62,130 nucleotides of DNA, filler included, from Globobulimina sp. (GCA_003354225.1; 29 parts of 29 records of this genome joined end to end with filler, not necessarily neighbours in it); one strand, 5' to 3'; shown: positions 23,785-37,638, counted from the whole stretch's first letter. Translations and numbers: made by a program. The notes: generated by a model not told the origin, from the letters alone.

Positions 23785-25430
23785 ATGCTGACTTTTCTGG
23801 CAATGCTATCCAACACATCGTTTACTACAGATATTAATTCTGTGCCTGTGCTGCAACAAATAAATGGCAATAATATGGTTCCAGTCGCTTTATACAATAC
23901 ATTGGTTTGGAATGTTTCTTTTTTGATTAAAATCCGTTGTAATCGAAGTGATTTGGTGGTTTATGATATGAATAATAAGTTAATATTATCAGGATACAGA
24001 CGATGTCATTATACCCCCCAGCAAAATATAATCTATTTTTTATTGCACGCGATTTATTGCCGATGTCATTAACAACATATTTCATCAAACAGCAATCGTC
24101 AGAAGCAGTGTATTTAGGTAAAATTGGCGACAATAATTATAGAATTGGAGAAAAGGGATTTTATTCATTAACATTTGACAATGAAACAAATTTATTACAG
24201 TCAATAACTAATAATATTGCTGGTAAAACGCTGAATATTAGCAATACATTTAAAGAATATGGATCAATGGGAGTGCTGTCGGGATGGAATGATAATTTAC
24301 AGAAAGAAGACCCTTATATTATGAGACCAGCGCAAGATAATCGATGTCAGTTTCCTTCTGCTACGAAATTCGTTCAGCAAACATTACCACAAACAACTAA
24401 ATTATGCTTCAGCACACAACCTCATATATCATCGTATGATGTAACACATCGATATATCATCGTATGATGATATGAGTCATATATGTGACATAAATATGGA
24501 TCAGACTGTCAATAACTTCACCATACAATTGTTCAATATTTATGGTCAGAATATGCCCAACAACGGCAATTTTGCAGATTGGATTGGGTTCGGAGAGGGC
24601 TATAATAGTTTTCAACGAAAGAGCTATTTGGAAAACAAATATTATGGCTCAATATCCATTGCAGCACAGCAGAACGCAAATGTGTTGTCATATCGATTGG
24701 ATTTATCGTCGTATAATTTTGTAGCAGAACCAGCAATGTTTACATCTGTACGGAATGACAAAACTGCATTTTACAGTGCAGTGATTACATCAATTACAAA
24801 TTCTTACGCAGATATTAGCATCGCTCGAGTGGATGACATGTCGTCTACAGTTTGGCCAACAGATATTTATTTGGATTATATTGTATTCAATGCAGCTTTG
24901 GTCAGTAACAATGATATAAATGTGTTTGGTGCGCAGGATATTACTATAAATATATCATTTGTTGACCAGACGAAGATGTGATATTTTGGTCAACAAATGC
25001 TGTGAATAACAATAGAGATAATTTTACATTGTCAATGCAGTCATTTATGACAACAAAACAAGCGGAAACAGTAAAAGATGTTAATGTGAAATTGAGAGTT
25101 TTTTACTGGTCATTTGAAAGAATTGTAATGAAAGATGATGTTTCCGATAATATAACAAATACAATCATATCTGGTCCGTTGGTTGATGAAATCCATCAAA
25201 GATTTGAAGAAAATAATAATTACAGTCAATCTTTCCGGGTGATCAATAATAATGTGTTGGATAAAGATTTCAATTTCATCGAAAATGATATATTTCTGGG
25301 ATATATACATGATTATACCTCAGTTGTAAGTCATTATACATTGAATGATAATGCTTTCAATAAGAATGATACGATATATACTTGCCAGAATTACAGGTTA
25401 TTTAAGTCGGAGATTACAATTTATTCAACA
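23785..25430 (+). pseudogene. Disrupted GH38 lysosomal alpha-mannosidase C-terminal region with lectin-like inserts
   Basis: VALYNTLVW, LFFIARDLLPMSLTTYFI, YSLTFDNETNLLQSI, PYIMRP and SGPLVDEIHQRF are spread over four ORFs with frameshifts/stops. Confidence 0.6.
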
Positions 25431-25757
25431 ATACCATCCGTTGTATTTTTATTCTATATTTGAAGATACTGACATTGATAAATATAAATCAAGATATGCG
25501 GTGTCGTGGACTGCAGCTAATACAAGTTATGTGATTGCATATATTGTGAATATGTTGGATTTAAGATATGGATATTTGAATAATAGTAAAATGATACTTC
25601 AATTATGGAACATGTTTGGGATCTAGTTCATTCATTATTCCTTATACAGAGCTTCGTNNNNNNNNNNNNNNNNNNNNNNNNNNNNNNNNNNNNNNNNNNN
25701 NTTAATTAATTAANNNNNNNNNNNNNNNNNNNNNNNNNNNNNNNNNNNNNNNNNNNN

Positions 25758-27355
25758 AGCAATTTTCTTATCTCGCGAGACAGAGACCGGTATATCAATC
25801 ATTATATTGTAGCGATCAAATATTAATTTATTATCAATGCCATGATAATATTTACTGCGTTTATCCATTGGAGAGCCATAACAATGCACACATTCTAATA
25901 ACAAGCGGCTATAATGCCATATGGAAGACTGTTGATCTTGGCCTTGACCCCTATACGCTCTCTGCAATGCGGATATATTACAATAACAATATAACGCAAT
26001 CACATGATCCAAACTGATCTGCGCACCATACAAAATCTTAAATTTTTTCATCCAATCATGTTCCCGCAATGCCACTAACGATTTGCCATACTTTGTGTTT
26101 AAAAAATGCATAGCGCGAAGCTTCAAATTTTCATACATTTGTACCGACAATGAATAAATGTGATTGCCTAACAATTCACTCCGTAAATCACTGTATTTAG
26201 GAGCGCAATATCTATGATGTTTGGCATCCCAATACGTGATGGACGAACCAAAGGTGTACTTCTCTAACATTATATCATTAGTATTCTCGTTGCTTTTTAA
26301 GCGAGAAATGTATTTAAATGAATTACTTATAAAAATGCTGTGTTTTTCATGTAATAAACACACATGAATTTTATCCAAGACATGCTGCAAATTTATCTCT
26401 TTATTCATCTTAAACTCAATGGTTTTCCCAGTGCCGTTGCCTTTGCCTGGCATTAAGTCATCATTACAAATAAAATAATGTTGTTTCATGGCGTCGAAAT
26501 TCATATTATCAGCACCTAAATCACGTTTATGTCGTTTATAACATTGGCAATCTAAAACATTGCAAGATTTTAAGGAAGATTCAAAGTATTTTATAGTGTC
26601 TGTTTTGGCTTCCAACCCAGCAAAAATATGATATCGTAATAGATGCGTAAAGTCATTGGATAAATCGTACGAGGAATAATTGGTTAATTCATAGAAAAAA
26701 TCACTCATAAAAGTAAAATGACTCATTAGTTTACTGTGAGAAACCTATATATTATATGTAATTATGTGGTGTATAGATACAAATTGAACAGTTTGTGATA
26801 TAAATGTTATACTAAACCTGTCCAGGTAACGGAGTGCTGGAAATAGATGGCGATGATTGTGTAGATTCATCCGGGGATACACCTTTTGCCGCCATCCATT
26901 GTGAATAATAATGAAGAATAAACTGAATACGTTTTATAGATTCGCAATCCTTACATTTATGATCCCCTTCACATATTTGAATGTGATATTTATTGTTAAA
27001 ATTCGTGTTCCACTCTGAAATTATTTCAGATAAAATGGTATAATGAGTCGAGGATTGGGAACTGTGCTGCCCGGGGTGTTGAGTTCGAGTGTGATTTTTT
27101 TTCCATTTCAATTTCGTCCAATAAATAATCCATTTGAGCGTCGTCGATGATTTCCGTTAAGTTGTTGATTTGCATGGTTTGACAATTTTTGTGAATGTGT
27201 TTTGGTGACATTTGGAATGTTATTGTCTTTTTCTTTTTATTGTGTGACAGTAGTTTTGTATCAGTGAGTTTTATTGAATATGTGCCTGTTGATTTATCGA
27301 ATACAAATGCTTTGGCAAGAATTGTTATAGCATGAAGGGTTGAAGTATCTGCCAT
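25758..27355 (-). CDS. Protein with a helical region and start of an ART-like (ADP-ribosyltransferase-fold) domain; spliced, one apparent frameshift, 3'-truncated
   Basis: PKYSDLRSELL, HVIALYCYCN, WHYSRLLLECV, YYHGID...PVSVSRDKKIA resemble the ART YRG...STS layout. Confidence 0.45.
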
Positions 27356-27395
27356 TGTATACGCAAGCCACGAACAGATGAAAACTAATTGTTTT

Positions 27396-27803
27396 TTATT
27401 TACATTTTGAGTCAGTCCAATTTGCTATCCATTCATTCAAAGCGTTTTCAATCTCATCATTTGTTTGATAATTTCTTTGCGGTATCATCAACATCGCAAC
27501 ACCTCTAATTCCAATCACATCTATATATTTCTCAATTTCTTCCGTATTCAAAACTACTTTGCTATGTCCAGTATAATGCAGCGGATTATGTGCTTTCAAT
27601 ATCAAATGGTCCTTTGTCATTTCTTTAAAAGGACTAATTATTTGCGCCTTTCCACATAATTTATCACAAATATCCAACCAATGCATAGCTCCAACCACAA
27701 ACAAAATTTTGTCCACACCACTTTCTATGCTCTCATTGATAGCCAATGCCATCAAATCGTTTCTCAAATCGCCAATGGATAACAAATGTGGCTTCATTCT
27801 GGT
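27396..27803 (-). CDS. TraB/GumN-like protein C-terminus, 5'-truncated
   Basis: LRNDLMALAI...ILFVVGAMHW resembles RNxxM...VGAGH. Confidence 0.5.
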   Translation of the reverse strand, partial: TRMKPHLLSIGDLRNDLMALAINESIESGVDKILFVVGAMHWLDICDKLCGKAQIISPFKEMTKDHLILKAHNPLHYTGHSKVVLNTEEIEKYIDVIGIRGVAMLMIPQRNYQTNDEIENALNEWIANWTDSKCK

Positions 27804-27940
27804 NNNNNNNNNNNNNNNNNNNNNNNNNNNNNNNNNNNNNNNNNNNNTTAATTAATTAANNNNNNNNNNNNNNNNNNNNNNNNNNNNNNNNNNNNNNNNN
27901 NNNTCAATTGTATAAAATCAAGTGTTTCTGTACAATTCAC

Positions 27941-28643
27941 TCAATAACGTAACACGAAATTTAGCATTTTAATAATTAGCATTGTGACCAAAGTCTCAAT
28001 TGTTTGTAAAATCGACCAAGATAGAATCATATTTGAACACTTGTTTTGTAACACGTTTCCTGTGTTTTTCATTGTTTCTGACCATAATAAAAACCCGATC
28101 ACTGCCCAAGAGACTAAAAAGCAGCACTGACATCCTCCACAGCCAATGAGTATGGAAATCCCTCCTTTACTGTCAGAACCTACGCATAGTAAAAAAAAAC
28201 AGATTAAACCAGCAAACACTGATAAATGAGTGACAGAACCCACCAATAACCATTTATCCACATTAAATGATACAAATTTACTTTTACCATCTATAGCATT
28301 GTTACAATTACCATTCTCTCCTTTGTTCTCTCCTTTGTTGTTTCATTGATTGCAATTGATTTAATTCGAATCCATTCGCAGCACCGACAAAAGTTAGACA
28401 TATTTTAACGATATCTGCTGAAATATCATGCTTATAATGTTTGCGAATGTAACCATTTGTTAATATTATCACTCTCTGGTCAAAGGATAATTGTTCAACA
28501 AAATCAGTGCATGGATATGTACAACAAAGACAACATATTGCACCACGCGTCTCAGCCTCACTCATTTCTAAACCATAAAAGGAATGATATGGTGCATGTG
28601 ACAATAATGGTTTGTCTGTTTGCCGGTCAATATTTCCCGTCAT
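27941..28643 (-). pseudogene. Small membrane protein split by a frameshift near 28310
   Basis: Two ORFs in different frames; the downstream frame is open from ENGNCNNAIDGKSKF into three TM helices. Confidence 0.45.
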
Positions 28644-28712
28644 ATTCTTTGCCTTTGTTGGTGTAATATATTGAAAACTTGTGAAAGTTTTTGCTACTCT
28701 ACAACATAATCA

Positions 28713-29949
28713 TTAGTTTTTGCAATTGTCAGTATCAGGACATCCACAAGTTTCACATGGATATGATTCATTTCCATACCAGAAATTTGGCAATTTACTA
28801 TCAGTGTTATAATACCATGCAACTGCTGCATCTTTTGCTGATATATTATCAATTGTAATACTACTGTACGCCCATGAGGTGCCACAATGATGTGAACACG
28901 AGTCAAAAAAAGCAGCTCTATGTCCCACTGCTACTGTAATCACAGTATTTATCAATGTTTCACTCAAATTCTTTCCAAATGCGTTAACAGCCACAACATC
29001 GGACGCATTTTCTAAGTCATATTCTATTTGAAACGAGTCATAATTTGATTGTAATACAAACATTCCGGGCGATGGCAACACAATAAAAGGTGACATATTC
29101 TGCGCAAACATACATTCCCATTCATTATTTGAATTATTATAATATTCCATACATCTTTGATTCATTGCAACTGAAACATTTTGATATTCATAAATCCATT
29201 GCATTCCTGTTATAAATTGATGCTTTCCTTCATATTCCAAAAAAAATCCAGCATCGGGCATCACCATAAACCGCGTGGTATTCGCATTGATCCAGTTATC
29301 ATAAATATACTGAGCATGAATAAATGCCGCTAAACCTCCCGCTGAGCACCCACTGAGCAGCAAATCCGTCACAATGTTCTCATTAAAACCATATTGCTCT
29401 CTGCACAAACATATATAGTACGACAATTAACATTCAATGTTGATACTGATACTATGACAGTATTCGTAGCACAATAAAATATATGAAAATAATTAATTAT
29501 CGTACTAACCTCAACAATTTTAAAGCACCATTTAATATTCTTATTGTTAGAAGTTTGAGTTGTTTCATTGTTACCGCTGAAACTGGCTCCATCACAATAT
29601 CCAATATACACTTACGTACAGAATATCAGTTTGTATGTGCACAGCAGTCAAAATGTATAAGTTCATCAAACCTGTGTTCCAATTATACGATAAAGGATTT
29701 GCTTGTGCATTATAACTGAGTTGTTGACCACCGATCATGTATTGCTGCCATGTTTTACTGGAACCAACATTTGAATTAGATTTTGCGAAGCAAGTAGCCA
29801 TTCCACTAACAGATTCATTAAAACCTGCACACCATCCTCCACCTGGTATAATTATAAACTGATTGAATTTAAAAAATAATATATTATATATATGTACCTT
29901 GCAAAAATATATGAACTTTAGTTGTGCCATTACCAGTGCCATGGCGAAA
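28713..29949 (-). CDS. Pectinacetylesterase/NOTUM-family hydrolase, multi-exon, 5'-truncated
   Basis: QGGGWC (across intron 29843-29897), NPLSYNWN, YCDGASFSG, nucleophile GCSAGG, DAGFF, DSCSHHC. Confidence 0.9.
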
Positions 29950-30139
29950 NNNNNNNNNNNNNNNNNNNNNNNNNNNNNNNNNNNNNNNNNNNNTTAATTA
30001 ATTAANNNNNNNNNNNNNNNNNNNNNNNNNNNNNNNNNNNNNNNNNNNNCATATGCATATGTTACATAGATGTTTCGTATGTAAACCGCTATCGTAGTTT
30101 AAAAATCCAATCTCGGCTAGAAGTGACTGTAAAAGTGAC

Positions 30140-30843
30140 ATGGTCTAACATGTTAAGCCTCCGAACTTAATTGGCAGTAGTCAATTGTGGTCGATTCAAA
30201 ATTGCATAATTGGTTATTTAAGCTTGGTCCAGCACATCAACATGATTTGAAAGATGTGAAATGGATTCTATCAGATTTTGGTGCAGCAATGCAATATACT
30301 GGTCATGAACACTGGCGTGTTTTAGAAAATATTGCATTAACGGGCACTCATTACAGTCCATTAGATAGGAAAATAAAACGATACGATGGGCATCCATCTA
30401 GAGAAAGAAATCAGTATCTGACGCTACTAGAAAATCAATTAGAATCAGTTGATGTAATTGATACTATTTGGTGTGCAATTGATATGTATGCAACTATAAC
30501 TGGTGATAAGTTGATGAGGAAAATATATACTGCAGGTGTTTGGGATCAAAAAGGTAAAGTGGCAGGCAAAGAATTGCCACACAACCTAAATACAGATCCG
30601 CAGAACATCCGTGAATTATTAATTTCATTCTATCAGCTGTCATTACAGCAGGCTGAATTAGTCAGATACCAAGCAGGCACACAGTTGAACTGGAAGAAGT
30701 TAAACTGGAAGAATCTACAAGATCAATTGGCCAAGCTCGTCACAAGAAACTATTTGGAGGAGTCATCGCGGCAAGCCGTTGAAAAACACATCAAAACGAA
30801 CTCATTGACGATTTTTCGCAATATTGACAAATTACTATACTAG
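30140..30843 (+). pseudogene. Degenerate protein-kinase-like fragment
   Basis: WILSDFG and GTHYSP in the ORF; out-of-frame VKPPN upstream, preceded by a stop. Confidence 0.35.
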
Positions 30844-31758
30844 TATGTAACTTATTTCTTTTTGTAATTTTGAATTTCGTTTATTAAAATTGCGCCTTTT
30901 CCTTTTGTATTTTTTCTTTGAATGTGCATGCATTTTCGCAGATGGATTTTCGTTTTCATTCTTAAATGATTCAATGTGTTGCTTTTGACTTTTTGCATCC
31001 TGCTCTTTGACATTCTCCTTTGCTTCGCATTGAACATCATTTATATTAACAACACGAGAACCAATATAATTTATAATGTCCTCATACACCGTTCTATCAT
31101 CTCCAATACACAGAATACCATCATCTATATCAATATGGTCATATTTATTATTCTCAATATACGCGAAAATTTCGTTTTTATTATTATTCAAATCACTGAC
31201 ATTTTTATAACATTTTTGTGCTTCAATCCCAATTTGAATAATTTTGCATTCTCTTTCTTTATTTTCAATGTTTAAATCACATAAATCGCTGTCAAACGTA
31301 TTGTCGTTATCGTTTTTCTTGAAAATATCTTTGCAAAAATCTAATTGTTCTTGAAAATATTTTCCATTATCAATTGTTTTATTTTGTGCGCAGCTCAGCA
31401 ATGTATCCATGTCCTGCGCAGTTTGAGTGTGGTCAGAGGAAACAATATCTAATCTGCGACGAAAATCTGTGATTTTCTGTATTAATGTGGCTTGTTTATC
31501 AAATAAAACTTGTTTCAATTCATCAAATATTTGAATAATCCTTTTTTCTCTTTTATTCAGTGTTAATCTATGTTTTTCAACACAGTTTGTTATAAATTGA
31601 GTATTCTGTAATTTTTTGTTGTGATATTTTGTCGCAATTTGTTGTGATATTTTTTGTTGTAATTTTTTGTTGTGTATATACTTTAGAATAGGACCTGTTT
31701 GAAACACATTGTTTTTAAAATTACAGTTTGAATTCAAAACATTTCGTTTTTGAAACAC
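30835..31758 (-). CDS. Coiled-coil hypothetical protein (start uncertain)
   Basis: IIQIFDELKQVLFDKQATLIQKI, a helical region like those following B-boxes. Confidence 0.5.
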   Translation of the reverse strand: MFQKRNVLNSNCNFKNNVFQTGPILKYIHNKKLQQKISQQIATKYHNKKLQNTQFITNCVEKHRLTLNKREKRIIQIFDELKQVLFDKQATLIQKITDFRRRLDIVSSDHTQTAQDMDTLLSCAQNKTIDNGKYFQEQLDFCKDIFKKNDNDNTFDSDLCDLNIENKERECKIIQIGIEAQKCYKNVSDLNNNKNEIFAYIENNKYDHIDIDDGILCIGDDRTVYEDIINYIGSRVVNINDVQCEAKENVKEQDAKSQKQHIESFKNENENPSAKMHAHSKKKYKRKRRNFNKRNSKLQKEISYILV

Positions 31759-32195
31759 TGCCTGTTTATAGTCTATGGGCGAATGAATGTAATATTCTAT
31801 ACATCATGAATTTAAAACATGGTGAGTTTAAAATAAGCTCTTTAAATCAAAAATTTCCAAAAGGCAATATTCTAAACACGTCATATTCTAAAGTATTGTG
31901 TTTCCTTCTTCTGAACATTTAATTAACGTATGTTTTAGCCAAAGGCAATTTTTTAGCATATACAGAATAGCATAGGTCAAAGGTCCGAACAATATATTGT
32001 TTCTTATATTAGACTATGCTCAACTAAGTTTTTTTCGAGACCGTTACATTTCAAGTCTACTTATGTCAAAGAGGATTGCTTGCCAGCAGCGTGGANNNNN
32101 NNNNNNNNNNNNNNNNNNNNNNNNNNNNNNNNNNNNNNNTTAATTAATTAANNNNNNNNNNNNNNNNNNNNNNNNNNNNNNNNNNNNNNNNNNNN

Positions 32196-33789
32196 AACAA
32201 AATATCTATCAATTTATGCACATGTAGCGGGAGCGACATTTGTAGCATGGGGGAATGGCATCGCAACCATGTCCTCGAGTATCACCGCCATAGCACATGG
32301 CGGTGAACAAATTAAATTAGGCTTAGGTGCTTTATTCGGTGTCGCAGTGTTCAATATGTCCTGTGTTTGTGCAACAATATCCTATATTTGTCAAGATATA
32401 GAAATTGATAAATATCCATTATTGCGCGATGGTTGTTTTTTAATTATTGTTTCATTTTATGTAATTATGATTTATTTTTATGGCGAAATTAATTTATACA
32501 CATCCTGCATATTATTAGTGATGTATATTATTTATGTGCTATGTATTTGGATCACGACCATCATTTCCAACTATCTCAAACTTCAAAAATATGCAACGAG
32601 TTTAACAGAAATTGCCCAAAGAGTTTTGCGTTCCAATTCTTTCAGCACCAATAATTTATTGGCGCTCTATATTTACACGGAAACATTGACAGAATCAAAA
32701 CATCAAAGACTGGATAACATTTATAAAATATATAATGATCGGACTAATCTTATTTGCAAAATGATAATTTTTATATTTGCATTGCCTATTTTGGTTATTT
32801 GGATCTTATTAAAGATAACAGTTCCTTTACCAAATTACATTCATTGGAATGATTACATTGCATGTTTGCATTGTATATCTGTGCCAGTATTGTTTTATTT
32901 TGGATTTGTTTTTATTTACATTTCAAATGAAAAACATTCAATACACTATGTCATAATTGCGTTAATATGCGGACTCTCATTGAGTATCATCGTGTGTATT
33001 AAATTGCGATTTAAACAGCCAACGTCTTTAAAAAGACTATTAAAGAAAAGAGTGACTAACACAGAGACCAATGAGTCAACGTATGGTACGATACTGATTG
33101 ATGCCTTGCAAACAACTGAATTGAGTGCAGTTACTTTCTCAAAACAAGCAAATATCTTTGATGAATATAAAGAAAGTAAGGAATTCATGCTCAATATTGA
33201 TGATATTGTGGAGGATAATGTGTTTAATTCAGATACTGAGAAAATTCCATCTCAATTAGTAGATCAAGAGCAAGAATTATCAAAACAACCAGTAATGAAA
33301 GGATTGTTTTTATTTTTGTCTTTCATAGCATTAATAACGTGGATAAAAGTAATTTGTGCAGAATTGGTCAGTATTTTAACTGTTTTAGGCGTGATATCTG
33401 AAATTGATTTAACAATATTAGGCATATTTGTATTATCATTAACGAATTCGATTCCTGATTTTATGAATAATATAAGTGTTGCTATAAAAGGCAATCCTAA
33501 AATGGCAACTGCTGCTTGTTTTGGTGCGTCCTCTTTAGATATAAATAGTGGATTTGGGGTTGGCGCTTCAATCGGTTCCTTTCGAAGTAACAATCACATT
33601 CTGCTCATACAGAGTTCAAAGCATATAGTCATTGGATGTTTTTATACAATATCGATTTGTATCATCTACGTTGTAATTTTATTTGCTTATAAATGGAAAT
33701 TAAACAGACTTTTTGCATTATTTGGATATTTGTGTTACATCTCATTTTTATTACTAAACTTACTCCTTCCTTTTAGTTTGTATTCTTAA
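32196..33789 (+). CDS. Cation/Ca2+ exchanger (CCX/NCLX-like), 5'-truncated
   Basis: alpha-1 repeat VAGATFVAWGNG; alpha-2 repeat LTNSIPD...MATAACFG; two TM clusters around an acidic loop. Confidence 0.88.
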
Positions 33790-33850
33790 AATTTAAATAT
33801 TAAATTCATAGTTTTCTTAAAAAAACCTCGAGTTTTTACTTTTTTAAACA

Positions 33851-34241
33851 ATGTTCAAACTGTTCAGCAAACGCAAAAAGTTCTCCAAAGAGAACCTAGT
33901 CCATCAATGTGTATTATTAGAAAAGAATCCCAAAGTCAACCCACGGAATAAACAATTAGTCATTGAAACTCTACGTTGCATCGCTGAGCTAATGATATGG
34001 GGCGATCAAAACGACGACAGTTTTTTCCATCTCATCGCGGAACGCAACATTTTAGGCTATTTCCTATCTATTGTCAAGCAAAAATACCATAGATCTGTCA
34101 CCATCCAGGTGATGCAAACCTTATCTATTATGATCCAAAACATATCCAAGCAACAGTCGCTATATTATCTATTCTCAAACAATTACATAAACGATTTGGT
34201 CGTTCATGACTTTGATTTCAACGACAATGAAATCTTAGCAT
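33851..34241 (+). CDS. CLEC16A: CLEC16A/TT9/GOP-1 homolog (FPL domain), 3'-truncated
   Basis: ETLRCIAELMIWGDQND, QTLSIMIQNI and SLYYLFSNNYIN motifs. Confidence 0.88.
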
Positions 34242-34341
34242 NNNNNNNNNNNNNNNNNNNNNNNNNNNNNNNNNNNNNNNNNNNNTTAATTAATTAANNN
34301 NNNNNNNNNNNNNNNNNNNNNNNNNNNNNNNNNNNNNNNNN

Positions 34342-35378
34342 GTTCATGGCAGTCGTCACCGAAAACCAAAGAAAAAGGGAATTTGAATTCGAAAGAGGTG
34401 CAAAATGAACTGAATGGAGGCGGAGCTGATGAGGAAAATATTGATAAATCCGATTTGTATGATTCCATATTGCGAGAAGATAATTTTTTACATTCAATCG
34501 TATCAAGTTCATGGTTTTCCTATTTGCGAAGTATAATTGTCTTATCCATATGCATTGTATCTATGATTGATACGGAATGCAAATCGGTTTTGATTCATTG
34601 CAGTGATGGATGGGATAGGACCTCTCAGTTAAGCTGCATAGCACAGATATTATTAGATCCATTCTATCGAACCGTCCGTGGCTTATGTGTGTTGATTGAG
34701 AAAGATTGGATTTCATTCGGTCATAAATTTGCGGAGAGATTTGGACATTTACGCGATGATATGACTAATGACCAACGATCGCCTGTATTTATACAATTTT
34801 TAGATTGTTTGTATCAAATAATTAATCAATGTCCAAATGAGTTTGAATATAATAATGATTTATTGTGCTTTATTGGCTATCATACGACTTCATGTTTGTA
34901 TGGTACTTTTTTAACAGACTGCGAGAAACAGAGATTAATTAAATATAAATTGAATAAAAAAACAAAATCCATTTGGTGCAAAGTATTAAATGATAATACG
35001 TTTAAAAATAAATATTTTAAGCCATGTAAAAATGTCTTATATTTGGATCATCGATCTATTAATTTAAAACTTTGGAGTTATTACACAAAAATGGATCCAT
35101 TCCCGGCGTGTGGTCATAGTGATATGCATGAAGACGATACGGAGGATGTGTTTATTGCAAATAATCTGAATGAAAATGACATAATTTCAAAAGAAAAAGA
35201 TTTAAAAATTAAAAAATTACAAAATAAAATTAATGAATTAGAAAAAATAAAATTAAAATATCAACAAATTATGCAATGCATTGATACAAAAAATGGATTT
35301 TTATTACAAGATCAGGTGCCAATTATACCTGATTTAGATTATGTTTCTTCACAAAAAAACAATAATAATAGTCAATAA
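34342..35378 (+). CDS. Myotubularin phosphoinositide phosphatase, 5'-truncated
   Basis: HCSDGWDRT catalytic motif, LLDPFYRT, EKDWISFGHKF, SPVFIQFLDC, C-terminal coiled coil. Confidence 0.95.
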
Positions 35379-35567
35379 AAAATAAATTATTTTTAATTAA
35401 AATTTCCGTTTAATAATTTTTTTCTTTTTTTTTAAATAAATAATATTGTATCGATTTTTTTTTTACCGTCTTATTATAATTATATGTAAACTGCTCGCAT
35501 TTCACGATTCAGATCCGATTCACAAGATTTTAGTATTTTACTTTGTGAAAACTGTAGTCCTTTAACC

Positions 35568-36387
35568 ATGGCGGAAGATACTCTCCAAGTGGTATGTGAA
35601 TAATGTGCTACTCTTTAAACCTAAACTGACTTGTTCGATACACACATACTGCATAGCTTACAAATGAATTTCACGATTTGATGATCAAGTGTGAAACACA
35701 AGAAAATACGATAGAAACTCTAGAATTAGAATATAAAGACATTGAAGAAGAAGTAGTAAAATTAAGAATTGAAAATGAAGATTTATTGACGAAAAACGAA
35801 TTATTGGAGCATTTTAAAAAAGAGATGGATTTAGAAAAGCATATGTTTCATTCGTCATTAATGGAAATGGAAGCTGTCAATAAAAAGAATGTGGAATTAC
35901 ATGAGGAAATATCCCAAAAAGCTAAAAACATTCAAAATCTAAACAAAGAAAATTCGAAAATTAAAAACGAAAATAAAAAATATATTGTAAACATGCAACA
36001 ATTTGTCAATGATAGATCACAACAACAAAAACAGCAAAATGAGCGAGTTTCGCGTGAACAGACAATTAACATTTTACAACTCGAAAATGAAGATTTAAAT
36101 CACAAATTAAATCACATAATGACAGAGTATGATTCATTAAACATAAAATTCAAAGAATTTAAACAATTGCAAGAAACAGAACAAGTACATTCTGATTTTT
36201 CTGATGAAGTTCAAACCGAACAATCACAGGACGCCATAATGCATTTTTCACCTAAAATCAGGCCGACATCCAACAGAAATCGTATTGACAGCTCTGGAAG
36301 TTATACTGTATAAAAACATAAAAACGCTTTTTATAAAAACACAAATATAAATAAATATATAGGTGTCCCAGCAACCATTCCTGAAAA
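35568..36387 (+). CDS. Coiled-coil protein, spliced, 3'-truncated
   Basis: Long heptad E/K/N-rich exon (about 35658-36307) flanked by short GT-AG introns. Confidence 0.6.
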
Positions 36388-37638
36388 NNNNNNNNNNNNN
36401 NNNNNNNNNNNNNNNNNNNNNNNNNNNNNNNTTAATTAATTAANNNNNNNNNNNNNNNNNNNNNNNNNNNNNNNNNNNNNNNNNNNNAAAGTTCCATACT
36501 ATACCTTTTATCTTTAAGTTCACATCCAGCCAGTAGTAGGGTAGATAATTTTCTGTTCCAATTAAACCTGAAACAATCAACATTTGTAACTTTTAAATAA
36601 TAGAAAGTCTAGATCTAGAAACCACCTAAATATTATATGTATAATACATACATACCTTGAGAAAAACGAGACTTCTTTATATAATAATTGAATAAAGGGC
36701 AGAAAGTACCTATTTATTGGGTTTGGTGGACAGAAGGAACTGACCACAGGATACAGCCATTACATATGATCGAATAGTGTACTCATCGAAAGGCAATAAC
36801 AACAGGAGGGGCCAAGGCGTTTAGCAAATACAGAACGGACAAAGGCTAGCAGCCGTGAGTGGACCATTAACGCACAAAGTTTTGGCCGCCGGCCAGTCTA
36901 TTGAGGAATGGAGCTTTGTCCACTGGCCGACCAGTTGAGTTTCATTGACTTTCTCTATCATAATTTTGTCTTACACATTTATAAATTTATATTACATTTA
37001 TTCATTTTTAACCAACTTCAACAAAACTGTACTATACGAAATTTTTGACATTTTTTAATGAAGGTATGTATTAAATATACTTATTTATAGAAGTTGTACC
37101 TAATTTAGACACTTTTTACTGTTCCAGATTGAAGGTTTTAAATAAAATGGGAAAACACCTTGTATGTATGTATGTATGTACCCTGGTATGTACATATGTA
37201 TGATTTATTGGACAAGTAAACTTAGTTAACTAGTTTAGTGTGGAAACTTAGCAACAATGCAATTTTTATAATAGTGCAGAGAGGAATACTTTACTAAACT
37301 TTCCTTTTCAGCCCCATCTCCAATCAGAAGATTATGGTCAACAATTGTTGGTGAAAAAGAGTTAAAGTTGTCAATCATCAAGTTGATAAATTTACATCAG
37401 ATGAAGGACCCATGCCATGGTTAAGGTAAGATTTGAATGAAAAAATTGAATATTAGAACTTGTATCTAATTGTTAAGTAACGAGTAGGGCTAGATAAATT
37501 TCGCGATAACGAAATCGCGAAAATTGACTTTTTTCTGAAAAATCGCGAAATTTGGTGTTTTTGCGCGAAACTCGCGAAATCCACTAAAATTTGCGAAAGA
37601 AAGCAAAAATTTACAGATAATTTGACATTTATATTCTC

